DNA of 60,000 bases, taken from contig NW_024704742.1 in the NCBI RefSeq assembly GCF_018977255.1, forward strand, positions 31,932,001-31,992,000, in the 5' to 3' direction. The DNA comes from Callorhinchus milii (taxonomy: Eukaryota). The notes under the pieces were generated by a model, which searched no databases, was not told the origin of the DNA, and was given only the letters and a program-made list of their open reading frames with translations. The position numbers and the translations under genes are program-made. Shown piece after piece: positions 37,001 through 50,293 of this stretch. Numbering within the stretch: position 1 is the first letter of the stretch; each line of letters starts with the position of its first letter.

Positions 37001-39244
37001 ACCAAGAGGATTGACCTGATTCTGATCCTCTTGAGATATCTTGAGTGCTGATACGCCATTTTCCTTCTCCTTGACTATGTTGCTAATCGTACAATGTCTA
37101 AATTGATTTAAAATAGCTCCATCCAATGTTTAGTGACAGTAAACCTCACTAAACACAGAATTGCCTAAGTAATATAGTCCCAAAGGTACCTGAATATTTG
37201 CCTGAATATATCCCCTTGGGGAATAACGAATAGATCTAAATCTGATCTGTTTAATAACTGGCTGAAAATCCTTGATGCATTCCATTTGGGGTTAAGAATG
37301 TGATGTTTCATAACCGATTTGGTCATTATCAAATAGTTTGCTGATTCCCTGCTGAAACATTCAATGTGTTCGCTACTCCTAAAGACTATGATTGTCCAGC
37401 CCCACGTTAGTACAATGCTTAGACCCAAAGAATCCCACCTTGCTTTAATTGTTTTCAATCACCTATTAATGCCACTTCATGGTATACGGTTGAAGTCAAT
37501 CTGCGAAGGTTCTTGTGTAAAAATCATAGAACTGGCTTCAGCTCTAACCATAATGCACACTGGGGCAACAGCAGGGATGGGGGAATGGGAGACAGGGGTT
37601 CAAAACCACAGCCAGTCTTTACGAGTAGATGGAAAGATGTGATGTTTCACCACAGATTGAATAACACATTCACTAATTATCTGTTAGGGAAGTCTCAGTT
37701 CTAGCCTATTCCAGCTGTTTATACAGAGTATGTGCAGACAGGAAATGTTGCTAGTGTTTCCCCTCCCTTTTCAGCCCTTGTCAAGCTTCTCTAGTGCACG
37801 GAATGGAACGAGGAGCTGGTCAGAGCTGGATTGGGTTCTGTCTCTGATGCCTTCAAGGCCTCCACGTGCCAGCAGTTTATTTTCCTGATAATTTATAGCC
37901 AGCACATCTGTCCATCCCAATTTGCTGGCAGTGGAGTGAGAGCTCCATCTCAGGGTTGTTTTGATGGTTTAGGGTGGTTCTCCGCTTGTGGTTGCTTGTC
38001 TGTCATATGTAAACTCTGTGTGTAATGTGCTCAGGCCTCCTACACTTTGGCAGTGATCCGGCAACCTGGGTCTTGTTTCAATTATGCATCAAAAAGAAGT
38101 CTGTATCTGAATTAACATTAATTCTAATGGCTGTTCAACTTCACCCATTCCCAATTCTTCATCGTGACTATCATTACATTCAAGCCCACAGTATCTCTGC
38201 AGTTTGGAAACCAGGCCTGCACTAGGGCAGATGCCTCTGCTGTGCTTTGTGGGCTAGCCAGCAGAGGGGGCAAAATACTGAAAGGGACCTGAGTATTACT
38301 TCCAGCTTCCTCCCATCCAGTCTCACACACACGGACTGATTTTTAACATTCGGTAAATGACGTGTCTTTCTCAAGCACAGGGACATTTCTTTAGCTGCAT
38401 TGGGCGCCAATTAGAATATTTACAGCTTCCCGTTTATTCCACTCGTTCTGGAAAAGGAGGACAGAATTGTCACAGGACCAGATACCAGGCTGTTTTGCTT
38501 TTTGCAGTTTGATGTTACTTGTATAGAGGATCTGCGATTTGTTTAAGATGTAGAGGAATGATCCTGGGTCCCTTTGTGTTATTGATGTGTCATTTGTATC
38601 ATTAACAAGATACTGTATTGTGCACATGAAAAAAAAGAGATACAACAGTTTAGATTGTTATTATGGCTTTCACATTAGGAAGATGTCTCAAAATTGACTG
38701 GGAGCCTGAGCTGTGGGTGGGGGGGTGAGAGGAGTAGGGGATAAAGGTGACCAAAAGTGCAACCGATAAGGTAGGTCTGAGAGCCGGCTTTAGAGGAGAG
38801 GCAGAGGGACTAAGGGAAAGAATTTTAGAGAGTGGGGGGCAAATGGTTGAAAGCTTGCTCACCAATGGAAATACAGAAAGGAGTTTCTCACAGTTTCCTG
38901 ACCATTAATTAATCAGTCATTCACCTCAATGGCATTTTGTGGGACTTTCCTGTGAGCAAAATGGCTGTTATGTTTGCTTACAAAAATAACAATCAATACC
39001 TTCGAAAATATTTATTACTATCGGGCATTTTGGATTTGCTATAAAAATAAAAAGTGATTTACCTTTTTTAGAGTATGCGTTAGGGAGCTAAAATAACCAT
39101 ACTTCCCTTTTGAACATTGGACTGAAGGCAACTTCTAAACACGCACATACTGTAGAATGGTATAAAGTAAGTCTGCAAACATCTTTGTCTTGATACCCTG
39201 TGACGTTAGTTTTTTTACATTTGATACTTTGTTAAACACCTTCC

Positions 39245-39958
39245 AGAATTTCAAGATCCTCAGACTCGTCTACAAATCACTTCTACGTCCTGGCACCTCC
39301 CTACTTCTCCAACCTTCTCGCACCCCAACTCTTCCTCCCACCCTCTTCTCTCAGCTGGCTTGTCATCCTGGGTGTCCGTCGAACCCTCCTCTCTATCATT
39401 GGTGACCGTGTTTTCAGCCATTATAATAATAATAATAATCCTTGCATTTGATATAGCGCTTTTCACGTCGGGAGGACGTCCCAAAGCGCTTCACAGAACA
39501 CACTGTAAAGTGAATTGACTGTATATTTGTGGGCGAACGCGGCAGCCAATTGCGCACAGCAATGTCCCACAAACAGTCGTAGATTAAAAATGACCAATTT
39601 TTATTATTGTTTTTGGTTTTGGAGGGATTATTATTAGGCGTGTGGAGTAAGAAAACTTGCCCAAGGTTTCGCCCTCTGCCTGGAATTGAACTCAGGTCTC
39701 TCGCTTGCAAAGCGAGTGCTCTAACCACTGAGCTACAGGACTCCACATTATGCCTCAACACTCTGGAACTTCCTGTCTTAATCTTCTGCCTTGTCCCATC
39801 TTTACTTGTCTTCAGATCACACCTGAAGACTTTCCCCTTTGACTGTGCCTATGCTCACATCCCTTTTTTGCCGGCTTGGTGTCTCCTTATGACATTATTC
39901 AGTGCTCCAAGATGCTACCCTGTGTAAAGGGCGCTATATAAATGCAGGTGGTTGTTGT
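39245..39958 (+). mobile_element. L2 3' fragment split by a young SINE
   Basis: FKIL.LVYK translation; continuous across the SINE with CATTAT duplication at 39419-39424 and 39746-39751. Confidence 0.85.
39425..39745 (-). mobile_element. Young full-length tRNA-derived SINE, short form
   Basis: Intact A/B boxes, CpGs preserved, 6-bp TSD. Confidence 0.95.
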
Positions 39959-40524
39959 ACAATTAAAAATCAACTCTGAAGTGTGACAGCTTCAGGACAC
40001 TCCAAGTCTGGGCTATAACTCTGAGATATGTATCAGAACGACACGGCACTGAATACTGTGTGAAATAACATTTACTGTTTAAACCCTCCTCCCCTCCTCT
40101 TTTCCTACCCCCAAGCCATTTAATGATCTAATTCCACAAACTTGACAGGCTCCTAAGAAGTCTCAAGTGTGATGTAGAAGCACCAGCTGGATTGAATGGC
40201 CTGTTTTTGAGCTGTATTTTTTATAAATCTATGAATCCAGTGACCAATGTTCCAATGTGTCCACTGTCTACCTTTTCCTCTCTGGTTATTTAAAGATGGT
40301 CTAGATATTTCATTTGACCTATGCTTTTCTTCACAGAACTTTACACCAGTAGTTTCTGGATATGGAGTCTGGCAGTGAAGAGATCAATAAAGTAGCGATT
40401 TTGGAACCTAAATATAGCACAACAACTGCAGTAAGTTAAGTGTCTTGGTGCTTCTTGTTGAGCAAGACTATTTTTTCATACATGTGTGATCACTGGGAGG
40501 GAGATGTAAGTATTTCCAAACAAG

Positions 40525-40712
40525 GCACACCTCAAGACCCTCCTCTTCGACCGTGCCTTCGGCTACTCTCCTACCCCTACCCTCCCTGCCCTCCACCCTT
40601 CCTGACCTCAACCCCCAGCTCGGGTCCAAATCCCTGAATGTCCAGCCCCTTGGGACATCCTCTCAACGTGAAAGGCGTTATACAAATGTACTTTATTGTT
40701 GTTGTTGTTGTT
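40525..40712 (+). mobile_element. L2 3' end fragment
   Basis: CTCTTCGACCGTGCCTT, C-rich UTR, stem-loop, (TTG)n. Confidence 0.85.
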
Positions 40713-41304
40713 TTTGGTGAATTCTGTGTTTATCTCATTCATTGAGGTGAATTCTAGAACTGTTATCCAGTTCCCTCCATTATTGATAGCAATTTAGAGG
40801 ATTGACCCTTTACATGTTCCACAACTTGTATGTGAGTAAAAATGGGCTATAACTTCGGATTGTTATCAGAGCTACTTATCAGCCACCAATGATACTTTTC
40901 TGCCAATGGTAGTCTTAACTTATTCAGAGGTCGTGCTCACACACACACGCACACACAAACATACAGCACAGAGACCATTCTCCAGCCACTCTTTCCTCGT
41001 TTCTTGCAGCAAAGCGTTTCTCACAACATCTGCACGAAACTGGTGATCTCGTGTGATCAACGCCACATCCCACCAACCCCTATATCCCTTACCCCACCTC
41101 CGTTACCTCCCACCATCCTGTGATGCCACAAGATGCTGCAGTACTCTCTGCACCTGGGCACAGTAAAGTTTACAAATAGTAACTTTTACAACAACAACAA
41201 AGTTACATTTATATAGCACTTTTCACGAACGGAGAATGTCCCAAGGTGCTGGAAACGAGCTGGGGGTGGTAGCCGAGGGGGTTGGGGGGTAAGATGTTTT
41301 AGAG

Positions 41305-41465
41305 GGTTCAACATCTCATCCGAAGGACTGAATCTCTGACAATACAACACACTCACAGGACAGCACTCGAATGTCAGCTTAGATGACGTGAGTTCAAATT
41401 TCAGCTTGAACACACAACCTTCTGATTCAGATGTGAGAGTGCTACCAACTGAGCCAGGCCGACAC
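41305..41465 (-). mobile_element. DeuSINE head
   Basis: Minus strand TGTGTCGGCCTGGCTCAGTTGGTAGCACTCTC. Confidence 0.75.
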
Positions 41466-43459
41466 ATTGTCAGTATCTGCCTGGCTCACGTGGTTAGTGG
41501 GATTGGATAGATCATTCGATTCATACAGTACACGGCTTCTCCTGGACAAAGTGGTAAAAGAGTGCTGGCTATCTTCCCATCTCTCCATAAGAGAACTTTG
41601 GATGGATGAGAAAAACCTCTATGACTCATTCAAACAAGAGGAATTTTCTACACAATAGATATTTGTGACAACAACAACTTGCATTTATACAGCTCCCTTT
41701 ACGCAGGGTAGAATCTTGGAGTGCTCATGACTGTGCTATTCCTAATTGTTTTTCCAGAACACCTACCTGACCATCTTCTACACAGCATCAAATAGTTTAT
41801 CAAATGAATCAGTTTCCTGATCTTTACCACAATGACTAAAAAAAAAATCTCAAAATGTCTCATGGGACTGGTTAGCAAATGTAGCTTGCAGTGTAGCTTC
41901 AGGTAAAGTTATCCAAACTCCATCAATACATAAACATTTTGCTGAAGCAAATAACATGGGACATCTTGACTACCTTGATAGACATTTGGTTTCTTCCTGA
42001 GCTGAGTAACTTCTCAATCACGCTTTGGCACCTCTGACTTTAAAACAACCAATGTGTTCTGAACTATTCCATTTCCAGAACCATAAGTATGAATGAATTG
42101 CAAGAACAGATCTCATCTTTACTTTGATCCATGTATGAGAACATCCTGCCGAATATGGAGATAAAAATTATATCCATGGCAACGAAATGCAGCCTCCTCC
42201 ATTCAAAGCTACAACAGAAATATAATGATAATCCTTGCAATTTAATATAGCACCTTAAGTCAACAAGACTTCTCAAAGCACTCAGAGGAATTGCTGTAAA
42301 GTGGTACAACTATAGCTTTTGAAACATGTATGTACAGTACATGCAGCATACGTTTTTCTGAGAGTGTGCTACAAGAACGGGCAGCACCACTAGCAGAACT
42401 GGGAGGTGCACAGTAGCTTCATGCTATGTCTGGTCGCTTCTAGAACCGGAGTCTGAATGCAATTCCCATTGATAGGATGAAAGTCCCTTTCTGACAGCTG
42501 AAAAGCTCTTTTGTGAAATGACTCCCGGCAGCCTTGCCTTGGTTTGTAATGACTGACCATAATTTAACACTAAATTGGAAAACTCATTGAGAGAAGCTAC
42601 AATGTGGCAGGGAAAGTGGCAATGTCACACTGACAAAGGTGAGAATCATGTGATTTTGGAGTGAAATGAGGTTGATTGTAGGAGAAATCAAAGGAAAGGC
42701 GGAAGGTACAGTATGATGAGATACTGGCGTAACTGTGCCTAACCTGGAAATGACTAATACAGTCACTGGTACAAACATTTAATATTTAATATTTATTTTT
42801 AATGATAATAATCATGATAATAATAATCCAGCATCTAAATTGCTAAAAGGTTTCAAGCCGCCTCACAAACATTCTGTAATGTGTAATGACTGTGTATTTG
42901 CAGCAAACGTGACAGCCAATCTGTTTTGAGCTGTACCTTCTGTCCCTCATTGACAGGATGTTTCTGATAACTGTAAATGTGTCTGGACATTCAGTCAGCT
43001 TGCTTTTTGTTCTACTTAAACTTGTTCCAGATTCTGTTCAGTTCATTCTCATCACAGCATAGCCATTGGTTAAGCTTGTCTACAATATTATGGCTGATTG
43101 AGTTCAATGTAGCAAAATGTGAGGTAACAACATCTACAACAACAACGACAACTTGCATTTATATAACACCCTTCATGCAGGATAGCATCTTGGAGTGCTT
43201 AACTGCAGTGCACTCTAGATATAAGAATGACAGACAGGAATACACAGGGTCATGAATGGTGGAGCATGGGTGCAGGAGTAGATGAAGAAAGAGATTTAGA
43301 GATCCAAGTAGGGGTAAAAGGGGTAAAAATCACAATGCTTCTTAACAAACTCTCTATCGTACTTAAACTGAGTCTGTTAACCTTCCTGGTTTTAAAGGAA
43401 AGTAATACGACAAGGCATTATAACAATGGTTCTTGAATATAAAAGCAAGTAAGTGTAAC

Positions 43460-43710
43460 AAAAACTTGCAATAACATAGTGATGTCCACGCAGGGTAGCG
43501 TCTCAGCACTTAACAGTGGCCTGGTTCCGAGCCGGGGGTGGGGGGGAGGTGACCATAAGCACGGTCGAAAAGGAAGGTTTTAAGGCAGCACTTAAAAAAG
43601 GAGGAGAGAGAAGGGCAAGGCAGAGGGATTGAGGGAGAGCGTTCCAAGTTTCGGGGTGTAGTGGCTGAAACCGCGACCTCCAATGGTGGAGCGGAGGGTG
43701 TGAGGGGCAA
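43460..43710 (-). mobile_element. L2 3' end fragment
   Basis: LKTFLFDRAY translation on minus strand plus terminus. Confidence 0.85.
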
Positions 43711-45211
43711 GCAAGGACAATGTATTTTAATTATAGTGTATACACTGGAGTTCAGAAATCATTTCTGTGCTGAATTCACAACTTTTGGAAAGATTTAGTC
43801 AAATTGTGGCATTTCTAGATACATGCTATCGCTTATTAAATGTATTTAAACTAAACGTTGATTTCTGAATAATGGAGGCATCCAACAATGAATGAAAAGC
43901 CCCATGTGCCACCACCTGCACCTTTACTTAGCAGGAATCATTGTTAAGTGCTGACAAAGAATTTTTCTGGGCTTATTCAGGGGTTATAGTAAACCCAACT
44001 TGATCTGAGTTAGTGGAGTGTCCTATGAATAACCTTTCTGTCCTCTTAAAGGTTTCAGTGAGGCCTCTATTGCCATTTGAGGGATGTGAGTCGTTCTAAT
44101 TTTAAGGTCAAAACCTTACAATTAGAAGGGAGCCAGGTGGAGCCGAGATCAGGATTCATCATACAAAGGGTTGTGAGAATGTATAACTACCCCAGAAGCT
44201 GTAGATGCAGATTCAATTGGGATGATTAAACAATAGATAGTGACTTGGAAAATGAGGACATTATAGATATGGCAAAGGGCAGGGATATGGGATTACAATA
44301 TCTGCTATGATGGAAAGACAAGGAGTGGTGGATGAGCAAAGTGGTTTCATTGTCCAAATCTGTCTGTCACTGGAAGCTAGTTCATGGGCACAAAATAATC
44401 TAAAAGGCTAATGGAGTCATGGCCTTTCTAAGAGAGTTAGAATACAAATCAAGAAAGTGATAAAAGAATTCGATGAGATAGAGAGAAACATTTTCCTCTG
44501 GTCGGGGAATCCAGAACAAGAGGATATTATCTTAAAATCAGGGCCAAACCTGGGAGTGAATCCAGTGGCACATTTTTCTTAAAAAGGGCTTCCGAATGCT
44601 AACTGCACATTGACTCAAACGACCTGCTTCAGGCAAGAAGTCTATGGTATGGTAATGAACAAGAAGTGATTCAGTGCATTGTATTCTACAGTTTGGTCAG
44701 ATGCACCAGATTCATTTGGAATTAACTCTTGGTTTGTCCTGTAACATTCTTGGCAAAGTATTTAGACATTCAATCTGCAACGATAAATCATTCAACACAT
44801 TGCAGGAACCATCTTTTTACATTTCAGATAACATCATATCATATATATTTTAATATTCTGGCCACTCTCCCTCAATGTTTTATTTCCAAGACTGAACATG
44901 TGTCTTCACTGATCCTTTAGACTTGAGTTGGATGGATGGAGCCCAATCAGAGGCAGATAATAAAAACAGTAATTTATTGCCCTGCAGTTTCTAAGGCTCA
45001 GTAAAGACACATATATTAAAAAAATTATAGCGACTTCTCTTTTGGTACATGTGATTTACAATGATTCTCAGGAGATCACAATGATGTGCTACGTTGTTCC
45101 AAGAAAACAGTGGAAACTAAGCAGAAGCCATGAGATTTGACAGAAAGCACTTTATTGGGAGCAGCTCGGACTGAAATAACCTCAGGTGCAACCATTCTGT
45201 CTTGGCCTCAG

Positions 45212-45535
45212 ATAATAATAATAATAATAATCCTTGCATTTGATACAGCGCTTTTCACGTCTTCTAGACGTCCCAAAGCGCTTCACAGAATATACTGTAA
45301 AGTGAATTGACTGTATATTTGTGGGCGAACGCGGCAGCCAATTGCGCACAGCAATGTCCCACAAACAGTTGTGGATTGAAAATGACCGATTTATTATTGT
45401 TTTGTTTTTTTGGAGGGATTATTATCAGGTGTGTGGAGTAAGGAAACTTGCCCAAGGTTTCGCCCTGCCTGGAATTGAACCCAGGTGTCTCACTTGCAAG
45501 GCAAGTGCTCTAACCACTGAGCTACAGGACTCCAC
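45212..45535 (-). mobile_element. Young full-length tRNA-derived SINE, short form
   Basis: Complete head, body and (ATT)n tail. Confidence 0.95.
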
Positions 45536-48058
45536 ATGCTTTATAGCGCCTGATCCCAGTCCCCTGCTCTTTCCCCTTTTTACTTTTACTTTCCTTTTAA
45601 TTACTCTAGTTTTATAATATCACGATTAGATCCTCACTTGTGGCAAAGTGTTCCATTTTCGAATAACTTTCCATAGGGAAAGAAAATCCTGTGAATCTTT
45701 CCATTTACTCTCCCAGTGACAATCCTGAGCTTCTGCTTTACTTTTGCCTGCAAGACACACAGTCACATCACTTTACTGTATATCCTTGAAGCGCTTTTGG
45801 GATATCCTCCTAACATGAAAGGCTCTGTATAAAATTTAAGGGTTATTATTATCCTATTCTACCCTTCTCCATCCTATTCTGAAGGCAGTGATTACTGCAA
45901 GGGTACAGCATATCTCGACAGCAGGACCAGTCTCCAGTATCTCACCACATTGATGAAAACAGTCAGTCACAGTGGAACTATCGCAAACAAACCCAATGCT
46001 CTCCTCACTTAAGGCCCAAAAGTCTGCCAACTTTTAGCCCATGAAACAATGTTGTCTCAACATTTGAAATAATGTGGAATTGGGGTAATTCTTAAAGTCT
46101 GTTCAAATAAGGAAGCCGCTTTCTTCCAAAGAACTGCAGAAAACCATCTTTAGTTTAACACTTTTTCACAATTCTGACAATCGACAACAGGTGTCAGGCA
46201 GGATTGTTAAGTGCCTTGAGAAGCCCTTCTGACATGAAAGGCGCTGTATAAATGTAAATTTATATCTTATTATAATAAGAAGATATGGGTTTAGGGTTGC
46301 AAAGCATAATTTGAAGACATACACTAGGAAGTATTTTGAAGCTCAAACGAGTGGAACAGATTGGTTGAGGCCTGGACACTCAATTACAAAACAGCTTATT
46401 GGTTTAATGGGAGGACTGTTGGCTGGATGTTTTGGAAGGGTGAGATCCAAAGGGTTTTCCTCATCTGATCTGATCTTGTGATCTTATGAGTACAGTACGT
46501 GCTGCTACAATAGTCTTGGCAAAGTGCCTGTGCTTTAAATGAGAATTTACTACTGCATCTTATTAATAATACAATAATAATATAATAGTAACAATAATAA
46601 TCCTTACATTATTCCTTGCATTTGTGCAAAACAATACATAAACTGATGAAGTTTGACATTTCGCCAGGACAGATAAAATAAAACAAATCCTTTCTTTTCT
46701 CACTTCTAATGGCATGTTCAGACTTCATATATACTTTGATGCCAAATATCTCCTCCTTGAATTCTGCACGGTTGGTGTTGATGATTTAATGCTGGTACCC
46801 AGACCTACCAGCAGTATTCACACAGTCTATTGGCTCCACCTGCATTAATAACACATGGATGTGTTTCAGATTGTAGGTGAACTGGTTTGAATATTAACCA
46901 GCTGACTGTACCACTGCCAGTAACTAAACATTGTAAATGTTACCCCTATACATCTAATGTTATCAGCACAGATGTATTTGTGAGATTGCTCGTTATGTTC
47001 ATATCTTCTATGAGTCAATTACTTATTATCAGAAATCTTTGCTTTTCACAATTTTTGTTCAGATATCCTTCTCCTCTTAAGGCTTTTCTCGGTTGAAAAA
47101 CACAGCTTTGCGTACAGCTGTAAGAATATTGGTGCACCTTGATTGTTTGTTATTTATTTAGCTGGAAGTGTTTCAAACACATATTCTGATAACTCAGAAA
47201 GAAGTGTAATACTTTCACCTGAAATGGCTGATGAACACAAAGTATGAAATGAAATGCTACAAACGTGTTCCTTTAATTACTCTCATGTGTCAGCCTGGCT
47301 CAGTTGGTAGTTGTGGGTTCAAGTCCTATGTTGGTACTTGAAACCCGTATAGTCTAAGATGATACTTCAGTGCTGTGCTGGTGGGGTGTTGCATTGTCAG
47401 AGGTGCTGTCCTTCAGCGTAGATGTTAAACCAAGGTTAGTTTGAGAACCCGCTATTGTTCGAGTAAGTTTATTTGTGTGATATTTAGCTCTTCTCAGTAT
47501 CTCTGCACGGAATTGAAAACATACTGAACTGTTCAGCATCCAGAGACTGAGGCTGCCTTAGACCTGCTGTCAATTTAAAGAATAACTATGAGTTCCACAA
47601 CCGAAGACACAGAAAAAAATGAATTAGAGAAGACGTGCAATTGTTTCTGATTTTCAAGACAGCGAAGATGCACAAAGGTGGAGGAGGAGCACATCATAGT
47701 TGAAGTTTGTGAGGAGAGATCAGAGGCCTGAAATTTCATATAGTCTTAGTCTTAAGATCATTAAAATGTAACATTAGGCAGAGTTTTGAATGCAAAAAGG
47801 AATACAAGGATATATGAGAGGAGAATTGGAGGGGTGGAGGCACATGAAGTAATAAGGACTAATCAGAGCAAACAGCCTGCTTCCATGTCATATCATCTTC
47901 TGGCAACCTTTTCTAATCATTAAACCATGGCCCAGACTGCCTATTCAGGTGGGCACTAAAGATCCCATGGCACTATTCAAAAAGAGAAGGCAGTTTCTCC
48001 TGGTGTCTTGGCCAACAATCCCCCAAATAAAATTGGTCATTCGCTTTATGGCTATTTG

Positions 48059-49132
48059 CAACATTGCCAGACTCCGCCACTGCCTCACCCCTCAGGCTGC
48101 CGAAACCTTCACCCACGCATTCGTCACATCAAGGCTCGATTACGGGAACTCCCTCCTCATCGGCCTTCCCAACTATTCCCTTCACAAGCTGCAGATCATC
48201 CAAAACTCTGCAGCTCGTGTACTCGCGCGCACCAGGCCCCGCGACCCCATCACTGCCAGCCTCTCCCGACTCCACTGGCCCCCCATACCCCAGAAGATCG
48301 AGTTCAAGATCCTTGTCCTCACTTTCAAGGCCATCCATGGCCTTGCCCCCTACTACCTCTCTGACCTGCTGACTCCCTACCAACCTGCCCGCTCCCTCCG
48401 TTCAGCGGGCTCCGGACTGCTCCATGTCTCCCACCCGACCCGTCCTACCATCGGTGGCCGGGCTTTCAGCCTCTCTGCCCTCACACTCTGGAACTCCACC
48501 CCGCGGTCTCTTCGCCTCGTTTCCTCCCTTGCCTCCTTCAAGGCCGGCTCAAGATCCTTCTCTTCGATTGAAGTGCATGTTGTTGTTGTAATTCAGCTCT
48601 ATGGTTTTACTTGTGGTTCGGTCTTTCTGCACGAGCTTATTGGAGTGTCTGAATATCCATTTCAGTGGTTAGAGCACTCGCTTTGCAAGCGAGAGACCTG
48701 AGTTCAATTCCAGGCAGGGCGAAACCTTGGGCAAGTTTCCTTACTCCACACGCCTAACAATAATCCCTCCAAAACCAAAAACAATAATAAATTGGTCATT
48801 TTCAATCTACGACTGCTTGTGGGACATTGCTGTGCGCAATTGGCTGCCGCGTTCGCCCACAAATATACAGTCAATTCACTTTACAGTGTGTTCTGTAAAG
48901 CGCTTTGGGACGTCCTCCCGACGTGAAAAGCGCTATATCAAATGCAAGGATTATTATTATTATTATTATTATTGTGCCTTTGGTTTCTTTCCCACCTCTC
49001 TGCCTTCCCTCACCCCTACACAACCCCTCCCCCATGCTCGGGCCCTGACACCTGACTGTTCAGCTCTTTGGGATGTTCTCCCAATGTGAAAGGTGCTCTA
49101 TAAATGTAATTTTGCTGTTGTAATTGTTGTTG
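48059..49132 (+). mobile_element. L2 3' fragment (interrupted at 48570)
   Basis: NIARLRHCLTPQAAET..SRLDYGNSLLIGLP..LHWPPI translation; 3' UTR and tail resume at 48975. Confidence 0.92.
48663..48973 (+). mobile_element. Young SINE, short form, missing its first ~13 nt
   Basis: About 97 percent identical by eye to 39425-39745. Confidence 0.95.
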
Positions 49133-50077
49133 TATTTGGATGGTGTTGTTGTGTGCAAATTGGCTACCATGTTTGCCTGCAGATACAGTCACTACACTTC
49201 ACAGTAAAATCCTGTGAAGCGCTTTGAGACATCTCAAAGCCATGATAAGGTACTATATCAAATGCAAAGGTTATAGTTATTATTTTATGTAATTCTATGC
49301 AACTTTGAAAACATTTTCTATTTATTTCTAACTTTTGGAAGCCAGTTTTCCACAGGATTTTTTAAGAACTGAAAACAAATTAAAACTGAATTTATGAATT
49401 TTCCAAAGTTTTGAATGATCTACATTTTTAAGGTCTCAAGAGTAAGTCTAGGTTGAATTTCATGTCTTCGATAGGAATGACGGTCGTAATGTTGTTAAAA
49501 TAAGGAAAGCCAAGAGAGAGACAGGCTGAGATAGACCTAAGAGATGGCCTAACTATCAAATCAGTCTTGTAGGTTCCCTCCCCTCACCCTGACCATTTCC
49601 CCCCTGCTCGGGTCCTGACCCCCAACTGTTCAGCGCCTTGGGACGTCCTCCTGACGTGAAAGGCGCTCTATAAATGAAATCTTGTTGCTGTAGTAGGTTG
49701 CAAGGGGAGTGGGAGAGAGAGGTGATAGAAGAATCTCAGTAGATATAGGAGTTATATTGGATGAATTTGAGCTTTATGGACATTTAATAGTTGTTTAGGA
49801 AAAGGGTAGTGTTTTGTATGAAGGAAGAAATTGAGTTTAGTGGAGGGAGCGGTGGTACTGAAGGTCATGTGAGGGTTTCATTTGAGAAAATAGCAAGGAC
49901 AAGAATGTGAATACCTGAGGAAAGAATAAGAGTGGTTTCAGCAAAGTTAAGAATTATTAGGTGGACTTGTGTGAGAATCGTCAAAGTGTTTCCCATCAAA
50001 GGGTTTGGATGAATTCAGTCCTCGGTGAATCAAAGTGCAATGGTGGCGCACGATATAAGAGAAATTGACTAATGTAA

Positions 50078-50293
50078 GTAATAATCCCTCCAAAACCAAA
50101 AACAATAATAAATTGGTCATTTTCAATCCACGACTGTTTGTGGGACATTGCTGTGCGCAATTGGCTGCCGCGTTCTCCCACAAATATACAGTCAATTCAC
50201 TTTACAGTATATTCTGTGAAGCGCTTTGGGACGTCCTCCCGATGTGAAAAGCGCTATATCAAATGCAAGGATTATTATTATTATTATTATTAT
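50078..50293 (+). mobile_element. Young SINE, 5'-truncated
   Basis: Deu body and tail near-identical to 48760-48973. Confidence 0.93.

Larger units (their letters stand above)
47925..49285 (+). mobile_element. DeuSINE host split by nested L2 and SINE
   Basis: Deu body 47925-48058 resumes at 49133; TATTTG duplicated at 48053-48058 and 49133-49138. Confidence 0.8.

Noticed and set aside
39670..39745. tRNA-Ala(TGC)-like cloverleaf with A and B boxes
   Set aside because: Head of a SINE: acceptor stem not intact and followed by SINE body. Same for all copies.
42445..42455. ACCGGAGTCTG matching the 3' half of miR-205
   Set aside because: Seed and 5' half absent and no precursor hairpin.
47949..48701. 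250-aa ORF
   Set aside because: Chimera of DeuSINE, L2 C-terminus, filler and SINE head; GTG start, no gene context.
48727..49089. Recurrent ORF family [29 protein letters not shown] (also 39414, 45182, 50138, 5221, 28424)
   Set aside because: Translations of SINE bodies; the poly-Tyr is the (ATT)n tail. Not a protein family.
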